A stretch of 43,338 nucleotides of DNA, counting the filler, from Jimgerdemannia flammicorona (lineage: Eukaryota), in assembly GCA_003990765.1 (NCBI GenBank). It is 2 parts of 2 records of this genome, joined end to end, with 100 filler letters (N's around TTAATTAATTAA, not from the genome) between each part and the next. Parts side by side here need not be neighbours in the genome. Positions count along the whole stretch, not along the records: positions 21,724 to 43,338 come from RBNJ01001421.1; 1 more part is not named here. One strand, 5' to 3'. Positions 23,636-34,408 of this stretch are shown one piece after another (within the stretch, counting starts at the first letter, position 1; each line of letters begins with the position of its first letter). The notes beneath the pieces were generated by a model that did no database searches, was not told where the DNA came from, and worked only from the letters and a program-made list of their open reading frames with translations. A program made the position numbers and the translations under genes.

Positions 23636-26600
23636 ATGTGACTTTTTAGCTCACAAGAACCCACAGTCAAACTGGATACATTTGACACAACACCAACCTC
23701 TGCTACTACAGGAGAACCAGTCATCACTAGCATTTGGACAGGAAGAGAAGTAATCACATCAAAACTTGCCAACTACTCAGCATCAGAAGGATCCCAACCA
23801 GAAGCAGGAGGCAGTATAGTCCGAAATCCCCAACCAGATCAACCAGACAATACAGGCAGCCCTGTTAGAGATTTTGAAGAACTTGTACAAGAACTAGAAG
23901 ATCTTATCACACAAACCTGAGACCTTACAGCCAGATGCCCCACACCAGCCCTACTAATTTCACCAATAGAACCTTTACCACAACCCCTTGCAGAATTGGA
24001 AGTAGCTCCTACAAGAATACCTAGGCTTATTCCACTTCGTCCAAGATCCAGAACACCATTCTCAAGATACCCAAGTATGCCTGTCTCTAGTGACAGCTCC
24101 AAAAGTAAATCAGAATCAGAATCTGAACTTGAACCTGAATCAGAAGAAAGTGATGATGAAATGGCCACCTCATTGCCAACCTTTGCAGGATACCCAGAAT
24201 AAGACTCCAGAGAATTCCTTGATGGAATTGAAGGAATTGCAGCCTTGAGGAATCTCTCAGATGAAAGAAAAATTGCCATCTACAAGGCTCAGCTCAGAGA
24301 ACCAACCAGAGGAATTTTCCAACAAACAGCAAACAACCCAGATTCAGAACTGGCAAGACAGATACAAGCAGCAATGTCTTATGAGCTAGAATATGAGGCC
24401 ATGGTCCACTGGCTCATTGAAAAGTATGCAGGAAATGAAACCCATCACAAGGCTCAGGAATCCATCATGGGGATGAAGATGAATCTTGGAGAATCACCCA
24501 GAGTCTTCTTCACAAGAATCCAGAAGAGAATGCATTCTGCCGGGTTCAATGCCACCAACCAGGACATCATAGGTCTAATGACCTTCATGAATGGAATTCC
24601 CCCGAATATTGCCCAGTATGTCTGAAACCTAGGCATCAGAAGGTCTAAAGAGCAAGTAGATGCAGCTCAAGGATTCTTTGATGTCAGACAAGGAACTACC
24701 TGGAGTGATCATGACAAAAAGGAAGATATAGAAGACATCCTGGTCAAAGCCCTACAAGGACTTCTTCAAGGACAAGAAAGATCTGAAGAAAGAAGGCCAG
24801 TCAAGGAAGGAAAGAAGGATAGAAGTGAAATCCAAGACCTCAGCTCCAAGTTGAACTGATTGGTTGGACAAATTGAAAAACTCACTATATGTAAAAACTG
24901 GAGCTACCAAGATAATAGAGGATACCCACCACAGAGGAGCCAAGGTTATCCACTAAGAGATAACAGGAATTACCAGCAAGAAGAAAGAAGGTACTCTGTC
25001 TGACACAGAGCCCAAGTCCAATGCTTCCACTGTGGATAATTTGGACACTATACTACTGAGTGTGACAACAAAAGAAGTGACTGAAGGGACTCAGAACCAC
25101 CAAACCGAAGGAATGACACTCAGTACAAGAAGACTGAAGTCTATCCTGTTGAAGATTTCGAAGAAGCAAGCAACAGTGAAGACTACAGCGACCTAGACTT
25201 GTACCCCACTAAGGTTACAACCTGGAAAACAGTCTACCCGGCAGAGAAGAGGAAGAGACCAGTAGGAAGGCCATCCAGGAACATCAGCAGAAGAATTATC
25301 CAAGAGGAGGAGGAAGAACATGAAGAGGAACAGGTAGAAACATCTCTCTGAACCCCCTCACCTTTTGTTCCCAAGACAAACGAGTTACCACCAGAGGATG
25401 AAGAAATGGAACAAAAAGAACGAGAACCTGCTGTCCCAAAGCCCAAGAAAAAGTACACCCCAAAGACCATACCTAGAGACATCTACAATGAAGCTTGGCA
25501 GAAGATCCAAGAGGCCAAGATGGAAGTTCCCCTCCTGCAGTTCTTGCAATTGACACCAGCTGGAGTCCGAAACAAATTACTGAGAACCACCAGGTCTAGT
25601 ACTGACTGAGTCCCAATCCCACAGCAAGAACTAGTTCCCATCTCTGTTCAGGCATGTCAGCACCTACCTATGTGGGGATATTGGAGGACAAAAAGCGAAG
25701 ATTCTCATAGACACAGGAGCAGCTATCTGTATCATTGCTAAATGATTCCTAGACACCCTTCAATGGCCCATTGATGGACCATCCAACCTCAGCATCATAG
25801 TAGCAGATGGAGCCCGAACTCAACTCCTTGGAGAAGTACGAAATATCACCATCTCTCTTGGACACATTCAGTTCTCCATCCCCAAAGCTGTTGTCACTGA
25901 GGCTGTTACCTATGACATGATTCTTGGTACCAACTGGATGAAGGAAACAAATGCAGTTGTTGATATTGGCCAATAAGTACTCAAGATTGACTACCGAGGC
26001 AAGAAGTACAGAGTTAAGGTGACCAGCTATGAGCAATCAAAGAAGAAGAAGAAGATCACTATTCAGGAAGAGTATTCCAGTAGTGAAGAATCCACCACAG
26101 AAGAAGAGGAAGAATCCGAAGATGGAAATGATCCCAGACTCAATCCCCGAATTAACCTGGTGGATGACTGACCAGAAGATAATGTGTGGGCCAAGAACAC
26201 TAACCCTATTACCATTGGAGCTATTGCAGGAGAAGCCAAAGGATGGCCTATATGCCTCAAGAGACACAAGTGTCCCAAGTACTCCTCCAAGATCATGGGA
26301 ACAAGGAAATTGCCTGGCATAGCCTGCCCAGAGTGCAGAAGGAAGAAGACGAAATACAGATATGTTCCAGAAACACCTGCAATCAAAGCTACAGAAGTAC
26401 AAGCAATTTGGGGTCAAGAATCATCTGAGGAAGAAGAAACTTCTGACCAAGAAGTTCCTGAACAAGAAGCACCTTAAGAAGAAGAGATTCCAGAACTCAT
26501 TCCCTGAGATGACTCTTGCTGGATACTACCTGAAGACAATGACCCTTGGAATACAGAAGAAGGACCCAGTACAATCACCATTATCCCCAAGAAAGAAACT

Positions 26601-28145
26601 CACCAAGAAAAGGCTTTTTGGCTAGGAAGATGTCTACACCAAATGGTCTCCCACTCTCCCCAAGACTACTGCTATCAGTGTCACCTATTGGATCAACAGG
26701 AAAGGCAGAGACCCCAGAGACCAGAACCTCCAACTATACTTGCACAGTCTACCACCTTTCAAGAAGTCACTACAAAGTTACAAAGTCGATTTAGGGGACA
26801 AGGCTTCTTCACCTGAACAGAAATATACCCCTTATCTACCCTTCCCCCAACTTATGATCAAAATGGATACCAATTCCCAAGACAACAAGAGATAAATAGC
26901 CAGGAACATCATTTTCGAGCAATGGGATATTGCAACCATGGGAGACTCCCTAACTGCCGAGACTGCAGACACCAGAAGATTCACCTCAGTCATGATGTTG
27001 CAGTGCACACTTTGAAGAAAGGAGATAACTAAAGCCAGATCCGAAAAAGCTGGAAAAGCCAGACCAAGAAGCCAGGAAGAAGAATCCTCAAGATCTACAA
27101 TTTGGAAGAAGACATCCTAGCTCTCATTAGACATGCAACCCACCAAGGATGGGCAGAAGATGCTGCCAACTTCATGGAAGCCCTAGACCCTATAGAAAGA
27201 AGGGGAATTAACTACCTCCGAGACCCCTCTACTGGAGCCAGATGGCCACACCTCAACCTTAGAGCCTGGAGGCTTTCCACTAGTGGAGCTTCAGCCTTAG
27301 GAAAGCCTGAACTCAGCAAGGATATTGCCCAGTATGCCCTGCTGCACCCTAAGGCCAAACCCCCGACCAAAGCCCACCCAGAGGATGTAGGATATGATCT
27401 TCACAGCCTGGAGGATGAATCTAACAAGCCTGGAAAAACCTTCATGGTCAGAACTGGATTAGCCATGCAGCCACCCCAAGGAGCTTATATTCAACTGACC
27501 TCAAGGTCTGGACTTGCCAGATAAGGGATAACTGTAGAAGGAGGAATCATTGACCCTGAATATACAGGCGAAATCAAGGTTATCCTATACAACAGTAGTG
27601 CAGAATGGCACCAAATCATTAGAGGACAGAAGATTGCCCAAGCAGTCTTCATGAAGGTCAAGACCCCACAGTTACAGGAAGCCCCTGAACTAACTGAAGA
27701 AACAAGACAGGCCAAGAGATTTGGAAGTTCAGACAGGAAGGAGGTGCATCTCCTTCAAGTCAATCACCTCAAGAGGAATGTTCCCCAGCAAGTGTACTGG
27801 CAACCAGTCAGACTGCACAAGAATCTCATCCTAGAGCCCAGAGAACAAACTACCTTCAAAATCTTTGCACCACCCGATCCCAGAAACCTTTTCTTTGAAC
27901 CCAAGGAAGATATCCCATACCTGGACATAGAGGGACACACATTTCCTGACAAGATGAACCCAGTACACTCCCGAGCAACCAACCAAAGTTGGGAAACCAT
28001 CATCTTGCCAAAAGGAACCATCATAGGACATCTGGTGCCTTTTCTCAACCAAACTCATAGGGAAGTTTATGAACTAAACCTCTTGGGAAATGGCAACAGA
28101 TCCCAGAAGAAAGGAAAGGCCCCTCTGCGACCCAGGAGACAGTGA
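23636..28145 (+). pseudogene. gag: Element B ORF1: Gag (CCHC) - protease - Cys/His modules - dUTPase - dUTPase-like domain
   Basis: LPTFAGYPE.DSREFLDG capsid region, CFHCG*FGHYTTEC knuckle (25022), ILIDTGA (DTG at 25710). Single frame once an 11-nt deletion near 25652 (sequence present in copy C) is restored; ends PLRPRRQ* in B and PLRLRRQ* in C. Confidence 0.88.
27330..27731 (+). pseudogene. dut: Element B dUTPase domain
   Basis: LLHPKAKPPTKAHPEDVGYDL...RSGLAR*GITVEGGIIDPEYTGEIKVIL...GQKIAQ...RQAKRFGSS. Confidence 0.92.
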
Positions 28146-29557
28146 AGCCTTAAACCAACATTCGAGAAGAATTGACACTCCAACAACAGCAACAACTAGT
28201 AGAACTTTTCAACAAATATCAAGATATCTTCACTACTGATTATGGCAACCTCCCATACAATCCATCATACCACTATAGCATAAATACAGGAAATGCAACA
28301 CCCATCTGGCAGAAACCCTATAGAATACCTCATCATATAAAAATATTTGAAAAAGAGCACATCCAAGAACTCTTAGACAATGGAGTCATCTGACCCTCTA
28401 CCAGCCCCTGGGCTAGCCCTATACTTATTGTACCAAATAAAGGAGGATGGAGACTCTGCATAGATTACAGGAAACTCAATTCAGTTACTGAAAAGGATGC
28501 CTATCCTTTGCCCAGAATTGATGACCTCTTGGATCAGTTACAAGATGCCAGATACTTCAGCAGTATGGACCTCTTCGCAGGATTCCATGAGATCTCCATG
28601 GACCCCAAGGACATTTAAAAGACAGCCTTCCTTGCTCTAGGGAAACTGTTTGAATACCTCTGAATGCCCTTTGGACTTTGCAATGCACCCCCCACCTTTC
28701 AGAGGATGATGAATTCAGTCTATGCTCCCTTGATCCACCACTGCCTGATTGTATACATGGACAATTCCAACATCTATTCAGCAAATTTTGAAGAACACCT
28801 GCACCACCTAGAGGAATTCTTCAAGCTTACTCACAAAAACCACTTGAGGCTAAATGCAAAGAAATGCTATTTTGGAAAACAGAAACTTGAATTCCTTGAA
28901 TTCATAGTTTCGAAAGAAGGAACTCTTGCAGATCCAAAGAAAACTGAGAAGATCAACAATTGGCCAGTACCCAAAACCCCAAAGGAGACACTATCATTTC
29001 TGATGCTAGTATCCTACTACAGAAGGTTTATCAAGAACTTTGCTCAAATTGCTGCCCTAATCCGGATCCTTCTCAAGAAAGGAGTGCTATTCAAATGGAC
29101 AGAATTACAAGGAAAAGCCTTCAAAGAACTCAAAAACTGCATGACTATAGCACTAATCCTCATGCACCCCAATCTACAGAAGCCATTCATCTTATATACA
29201 GATGTTTCTAAAGATGGCCTTGGAGCAGTTCTAACTCAAGAAGGACCCAATCAACAGCACCATGTGATAGCTTATGCAAGCAGAGCTACCAATCAGCAGC
29301 AGATGAACTATGGTAGCACCAAACTGGAATGCCTTGCAGTCATATGGGTGGTCACTCTGTTCAAGTATTACCTCATCAGAAAAAGGTTCACGCTGATCAC
29401 AGACCATGCAGCCCTCAAATGGTTATTCAACTACAAGGAACCCACCAGAATCCTAGCCCACTGGATCCTTATCCTTTAAGATTACAAAATCACCATTATC
29501 CACAAAGCAGGGAAAGCTCACAACAATGTTGATGTACTTTCCCACCAACCCCAATGA
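28085..29557 (+). pseudogene. pol: Element B RT - RNase H ORF (-1 frame relative to ORF1)
   Basis: SPWASP, WRLCIDYRKLN, MDLFAGFHEI, MPFGLCNAPPTFQR, YMDN (decayed YMDD), FILYTDVSKDGLGAVL, TDHAAL, NVDVLSH; ends at TGA 29555-29557. Confidence 0.95.
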
Positions 29558-30621
29558 ACCAGAAGAAGGGTGTCCCGAGGAACTACACCCTAAAGGAAGC
29601 TTCTCAGACCATCAAGGCACAAGAAGATCTCATCCATAAAGAACATCAGAAAGCCCATCAAGGACAGACAAGTACAGAAGATAAGATTCGAAAACTATAT
29701 CAACACTGGCCTCACCTCAGAACTCAAGTCTGAGACATCATCCAGAAATGTGACACTTGCCAGAAGTACCAAGAAAAGAAGAACTATCAAGCCCCTTTGC
29801 AACCGATTCCCCCACCCACTCACATCTTTCAGAGATGGGTAGTAGATGTAATTGGACCTCTACCAGTTACACCAAGAAGAAACAAATACATTCTTGTATT
29901 TGTGGAACATCTGACCAAGTGGCCCAAGGCTTTCCCAATGGAAATCGCAGATGCCTTAACCATTGTAGGCCTCCTCCATGGACTCACACTCAGAGATGGA
30001 CCCCCAGAAGAACTCATATCTGACTGAGGCATGGAATTCATCAACAACATAATTACAAGTTATGCCTGAATTCACAAGATCCACCTCAAAAGGACCACAT
30101 CATACTACCCCCAGACCAATGGCATGACAGAGAAAATGAACCAGACTATCAAGAAAGGACTTGCCTGAGTCAATCCTACTAATTGGGACCTCTGCTTACC
30201 TGAGATCCTATGGGAAATTCGGAACACGCTTGCCACCTCCACCAAACAAAAGTTATTCAAAATGATGTTTGCCAAAAGAACCAGAACTACTGACCATGAG
30301 AATCTTGGAGACCTCCTCAAGAAGGCAGAACAGTTACATAATCAAGCCTGAGGACAGATTATCAAAGCCCAAGAAAGACAAAAGAAGTACTATAACCAAA
30401 AACAGAAGGATCAGAAGATCAAGATTGGAGATCAAGTACTAGTTTGGAGAAGCATAATTGAAATGAATTTTGCTGCCAAACTGGAACCCAAATAGGAAGG
30501 ACCTTATTTTGTACACAATATCAAAGGAACCAGTATCTATTTAAGAAGTATGGATGGACGAACCCTGAGAACACCAGTATACATCAATCACCTCAAACTG
30601 TATCTCCCCTCTACACTATGA
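29554..30621 (+). pseudogene. Element B integrase as a separate ORF
   Basis: ATG overlaps the RH stop (ATGA). HQKAHQG...CDTCQK (HHCC), VDVIGPLP, LISD*GMEF, YYPQTNGMTE, K*EGPY; ends at TGA 30619-30621. Confidence 0.92.
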
Positions 30622-31052
30622 GCCAAAGGATTGATCAGCACCTCCAGACATTGGTCCTCAGCTCCTTCTAAGCCTTACCAGTCCCTCTACCCCAATTTGG
30701 CCAAGCTAATGGAAGCCCCCTTCTGAGGATCCAAGCTCATCAAGAAAATCTCACCTTGATCAGATGCCTACTACAAGTCCACCAACTGCAGGCCTATTAT
30801 GCAATCAGTGAACAATTGCAGAACCTCCCAGCCCCAGAGCAGACCTACATCAGGAACACCACAGGTCTGACCAGAAGAGACACTACTGCCACAGACAGAC
30901 TATATACCATTTACAAACGAAATGTCACAGCCCTGACACAGGCACAATTATCCCTGAATGACATTCAAGGAATGAACCCTATTACCTATTTGAGCATCAT
31001 CAACTCTGTCGAAATCCTATTCCCTGAAGAAGAAGAAGAGCCCATAGAATAG
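30618..31052 (+). pseudogene. Element B accessory ORF3 (144 codons, unknown function)
   Basis: ATG overlaps the IN stop (ATGA). The single premature TAA at 30669 is CAA in copy C, and the frame is conserved in C. Confidence 0.82.
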
Positions 31053-31160
31053 AGTGACCCTAGTATGGACAATAAAGATGATAGAACAGGTATAGATGCA
31101 GAAGTAGCCTATGCTTATTGAGATGGCAACTGAAGAATAGTCTGGGACAGACTACCCTTC

Positions 31161-31172
31161 AGTAGGGGCTGA
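31161..31172 (+). promoter_or_regulatory. Polypurine-tract-like sequence of element B
   Basis: AGTAGGGGCTGA directly before the 3' LTR; copy C has AGTGGGGGCTGA. Confidence 0.7.
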
Positions 31173-32504
31173 TGTGATAAACCAAATGTATCATCCGAAT
31201 TATATCTTAACCAGATGACATGAACAATTAGCCAAGATGACATGAATATACAGTATAGTAATCAGCAACCATTGCTGTGGAAAACTGTATAAATAGCCAG
31301 ATATACCAGAAAGGGTCTGTTTACCTGTATAGACTCTGTACACCATACAGACTCTGTACAATGTATAGGTCCTGTACACCATACAGACTCTGTATATCTG
31401 CCATAAGTAGCAGATCTATAGTTAGCCACATAGTAACCAGATAGTAACCAACTTGTATAAATTACCCCATAGACAAGAGTGAATAAACCTCAGTCTGAAA
31501 TACAAATACCAAAGAAGCCTCTAAAGATTGAGCATTGGTCCCCTTTCTACTCCGGTCCACTTTCTGATACAAAGCCTCAAGATTTGCCACTCAAGTTCAA
31601 GTGAAGAACTTCACTGCCTTTTGAAGAGAAACCCACTGCTTAAGGAATAAGCCATGATATTGGTTTGCTTACCAGATAAGCCTGAAGATTTCCACCTAAG
31701 AGAAAGCTGCCTTGCTTAAGCCAGTTTCTGATGCAACTTCACAGTGATTCATTGTACAAACAAAGCCAGTCTTTAATGTAACTTTGCCAAGAGACCCTTT
31801 CTGCGCCATTGTATTCTCAGAAGAGCCCACCGATTTAGGAAGAATCTGCATCATCCACCATTTCTAAGTTATCTGCCACATTCTCAGTTGAAGCCAATTC
31901 AGAAAGAATCCACGCCACCTGAGTATTATTTCCAGAGAGCCCAAGTTATCCATGACATCCGAGTTATTCATTATTCCCAGTGAGCCTAAGAAGAATCTGC
32001 TGCCAGCATTATTCCCAGTTATTTGAATTATCTGCACTATTCGAGTTATTATTCTCAGAAGAAGAATCCATGCCATACAATTCCCAGTGAGCCAAATCGA
32101 GGTATCCACTGAATTATCAGGATGTCTGCATAAGAAACCTGTCACACTACACAGAGATCGTTGCATCAAGATCATCATGCTACACAGAAATTGTCACACC
32201 AAAGCCATCACCCAGAAATCACATACTTTTGGAAAATGCCTCGCTACACAAAATTGTGGCATTCCCAGTTGACCCAAGAAGGAAACCCATTCATATATAC
32301 AAATTGCCACTACACCCAAGAACCTGTCTCAAAAAGGAAACCACTTATACAGTATCTAGATCTTGACTATTATACCACTAAACACCAAGGACCTCAGGAA
32401 TCTTAGAACATTTTGTTGCTTTTTGACAAAGTAACTGGAGGCTTAAGCCAAACTACATCAACCCCCAATCTTGTAATTTGCCTCCATTGAGCCAGCACGT
32501 TACA
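31173..32504 (+). repeat. Element B 3' LTR (1332 bp)
   Basis: TGTGATAAACC...CACGTTACA followed by ATAT; contains four 18-bp units at about 31326-31398 versus one in the 5' LTR. Confidence 0.95.
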
Positions 32505-33270
32505 ATATCCTGGCCTCTAATGAATGCAGCATAGAGTACCAAGAGAAAAAGAAGTCTAAGATATTGGGGTGGTTAAACATAAAGAAGGTTAAGATATGTA
32601 TGGAGTTAATCTAATTGAATACAATATCTGAGAACATACAGTTGAATTTTGTAGATAGTCTGTGACCTTTGAACTCATGATTACAAGAAACTTGTATAAT
32701 TACTGTTCTTGCCAGTTCTTTTTTAATATTGTTTTTAAAAACACACTCTTTCATTATGCTAGTATTATTAATAGATTATTGATATTTTGTTATGATTCAA
32801 AAGCTGGATATATATTGTAAACAAATTGTGTGATTGAATAAAACTAATTAACATTGGAGAAATCCATACTGAATTAGAGATATAGTAATCAAATTTTATT
32901 GGAAAGCATTTGTTTTGATTTATCAAACTAAAACAAAATAGTATGGTTGAAAGTTATTTTTGTTTTTGAAAAATGTAACTGATTTTAGCTCATTTTTAAA
33001 CATGTGAACAATCAGCTAACTTATTATGTAATTTGAACTTAATGGATTACCACCTGTCTGACATCACTCAGAAAACTTCATCCAATATCTTTTTAGAACA
33101 ATAATCTGAATTGTGAGTTGAACAACCAACATGTACATCTAAACTACATGGTAATACCTGTGTATGACTGAGTTCATAAACAATATTCTTCAAAACATTA
33201 TTGTTATATTTTAAAACAGCATCTTAAAAATATAATTATATATCTTGCTACATATATAATATTGATATTT

Positions 33271-34277
33271 TTATCCAACTGTGGGTATTTTCATATACAG
33301 GGCCTCAAGTTTGTTAATGGCTTAATTGACTAGTTTAACATGACTATATACAATACTCTTCTCCAAAAGATGAGTCTTGACAGTCTGGCAAATAGTGCCC
33401 ACTTACTCTCAGAATTTGCTGAAGGTAATGGACATAATTATCAACTTATTCATGTGTGCCAAACATACCTCCTCAAACTTCTGGAGCACATCCAGGTTGT
33501 TGGCTAGTAGTTTTTTTTACATGTAGTCTGTGCCCCAGTCATCTCAGACTATTGCAAGTGATGCTCTTTTTTCACATTATACTTTTTTCTCTTTGACAAT
33601 GACTTCATAAGCTTTGGTGAGTTATACATCCATCTCTATGAAGTATTTGAGAACAATCCCCACCTGAGAATCAAGAATTTGCATACCTTGTTCACATCAG
33701 TCATCACGTCCTCAAAGATGAATGTCAGGTTTGTCAGGAGTGTATCATCGGTATCACCCTCCAGTTGTGTCAGAGCCCACTGAATCATCTGGCTACATTC
33801 AATGAGGAGGCAGAAAATGATGGCCGCCTTGGCCTCTAGTATTTCTATGTTGTAGGCTGCTTGAGCCATGGCTTTCCACTGTTGATTCAATGTATTTACA
33901 AAAATTCTCCTATTGTCAGAGCTCAGGTCCGAATGCTTGACCAGTTACTTGAGGTCATCCATCACTGACCAAGTTTTGGGCAACTCATGACTATAATTCC
34001 CATACAGGGCCAGATCATAGGTCTGCACAGTCTCCAAGTGTGCTTTGAGATGTGGGATTATGTTGTAGATTTCGATGAATGGAGGAGGAGGTAGTGGTGT
34101 GCAGACATGGCCAAGCACTTGCACTGCAGAAAACTGGCATATAACGTCAGTGGAAATAGGGAATAGGGCCAAGAAGCATCCAAGCACTAGCACTAAACTC
34201 GCTGTCATGATCAGGTGTCTGGAAAATAATATTTCTACAAATAAAACATAATAGTTAGTCAGCGATAGACATGGCAA
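33271..34277 (-). pseudogene. Host-like pseudogene: N-terminal hydrophobic segment plus coiled-coil protein, with a 50-nt GT-AG intron
   Basis: ORFs 33945-34277 and 33636-33890 share a frame across one TAA. TM-like SLVLVLGCFLALFP, DLK*LVKHSDL, then frameshifted helical segments. Intron candidate GTATGT...TTCAG at 33468-33419. Confidence 0.6.
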
Positions 34278-34408
34278 AATTCAGTAGATCACCAAATTAA
34301 TGGACTATACAAAACCAGAAATTTTCCAAGAACATAAGGCTACAATGACTTTAGTTTCACAGTGATAGATATCAGCGGTATATTAGTGGCATCGGTAGGT
34401 GGTGGCAT

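Larger units (their letters stand above)
22327..32504 (+). mobile_element. Element B: full-length Ty3/Gypsy LTR retrotransposon with dUTPase, separate IN ORF and accessory ORF3 (decayed)
   Basis: LTRs TG...CA at 22327-23602 and 31173-32504, TSD ATAT (22323-22326 and 32505-32508), PBS, PPT, and PR-dUT-RT-RH-IN order. Confidence 0.96.

Noticed and set aside
25640..25665. Programmed gag/protease frameshift in B
   Set aside because: Explained by an 11-nt deletion private to B; copy C is in frame here.
30618..31052. ORF3 as an env gene
   Set aside because: Only 144 codons, with no signal peptide, TM helix or fusion-peptide pattern.
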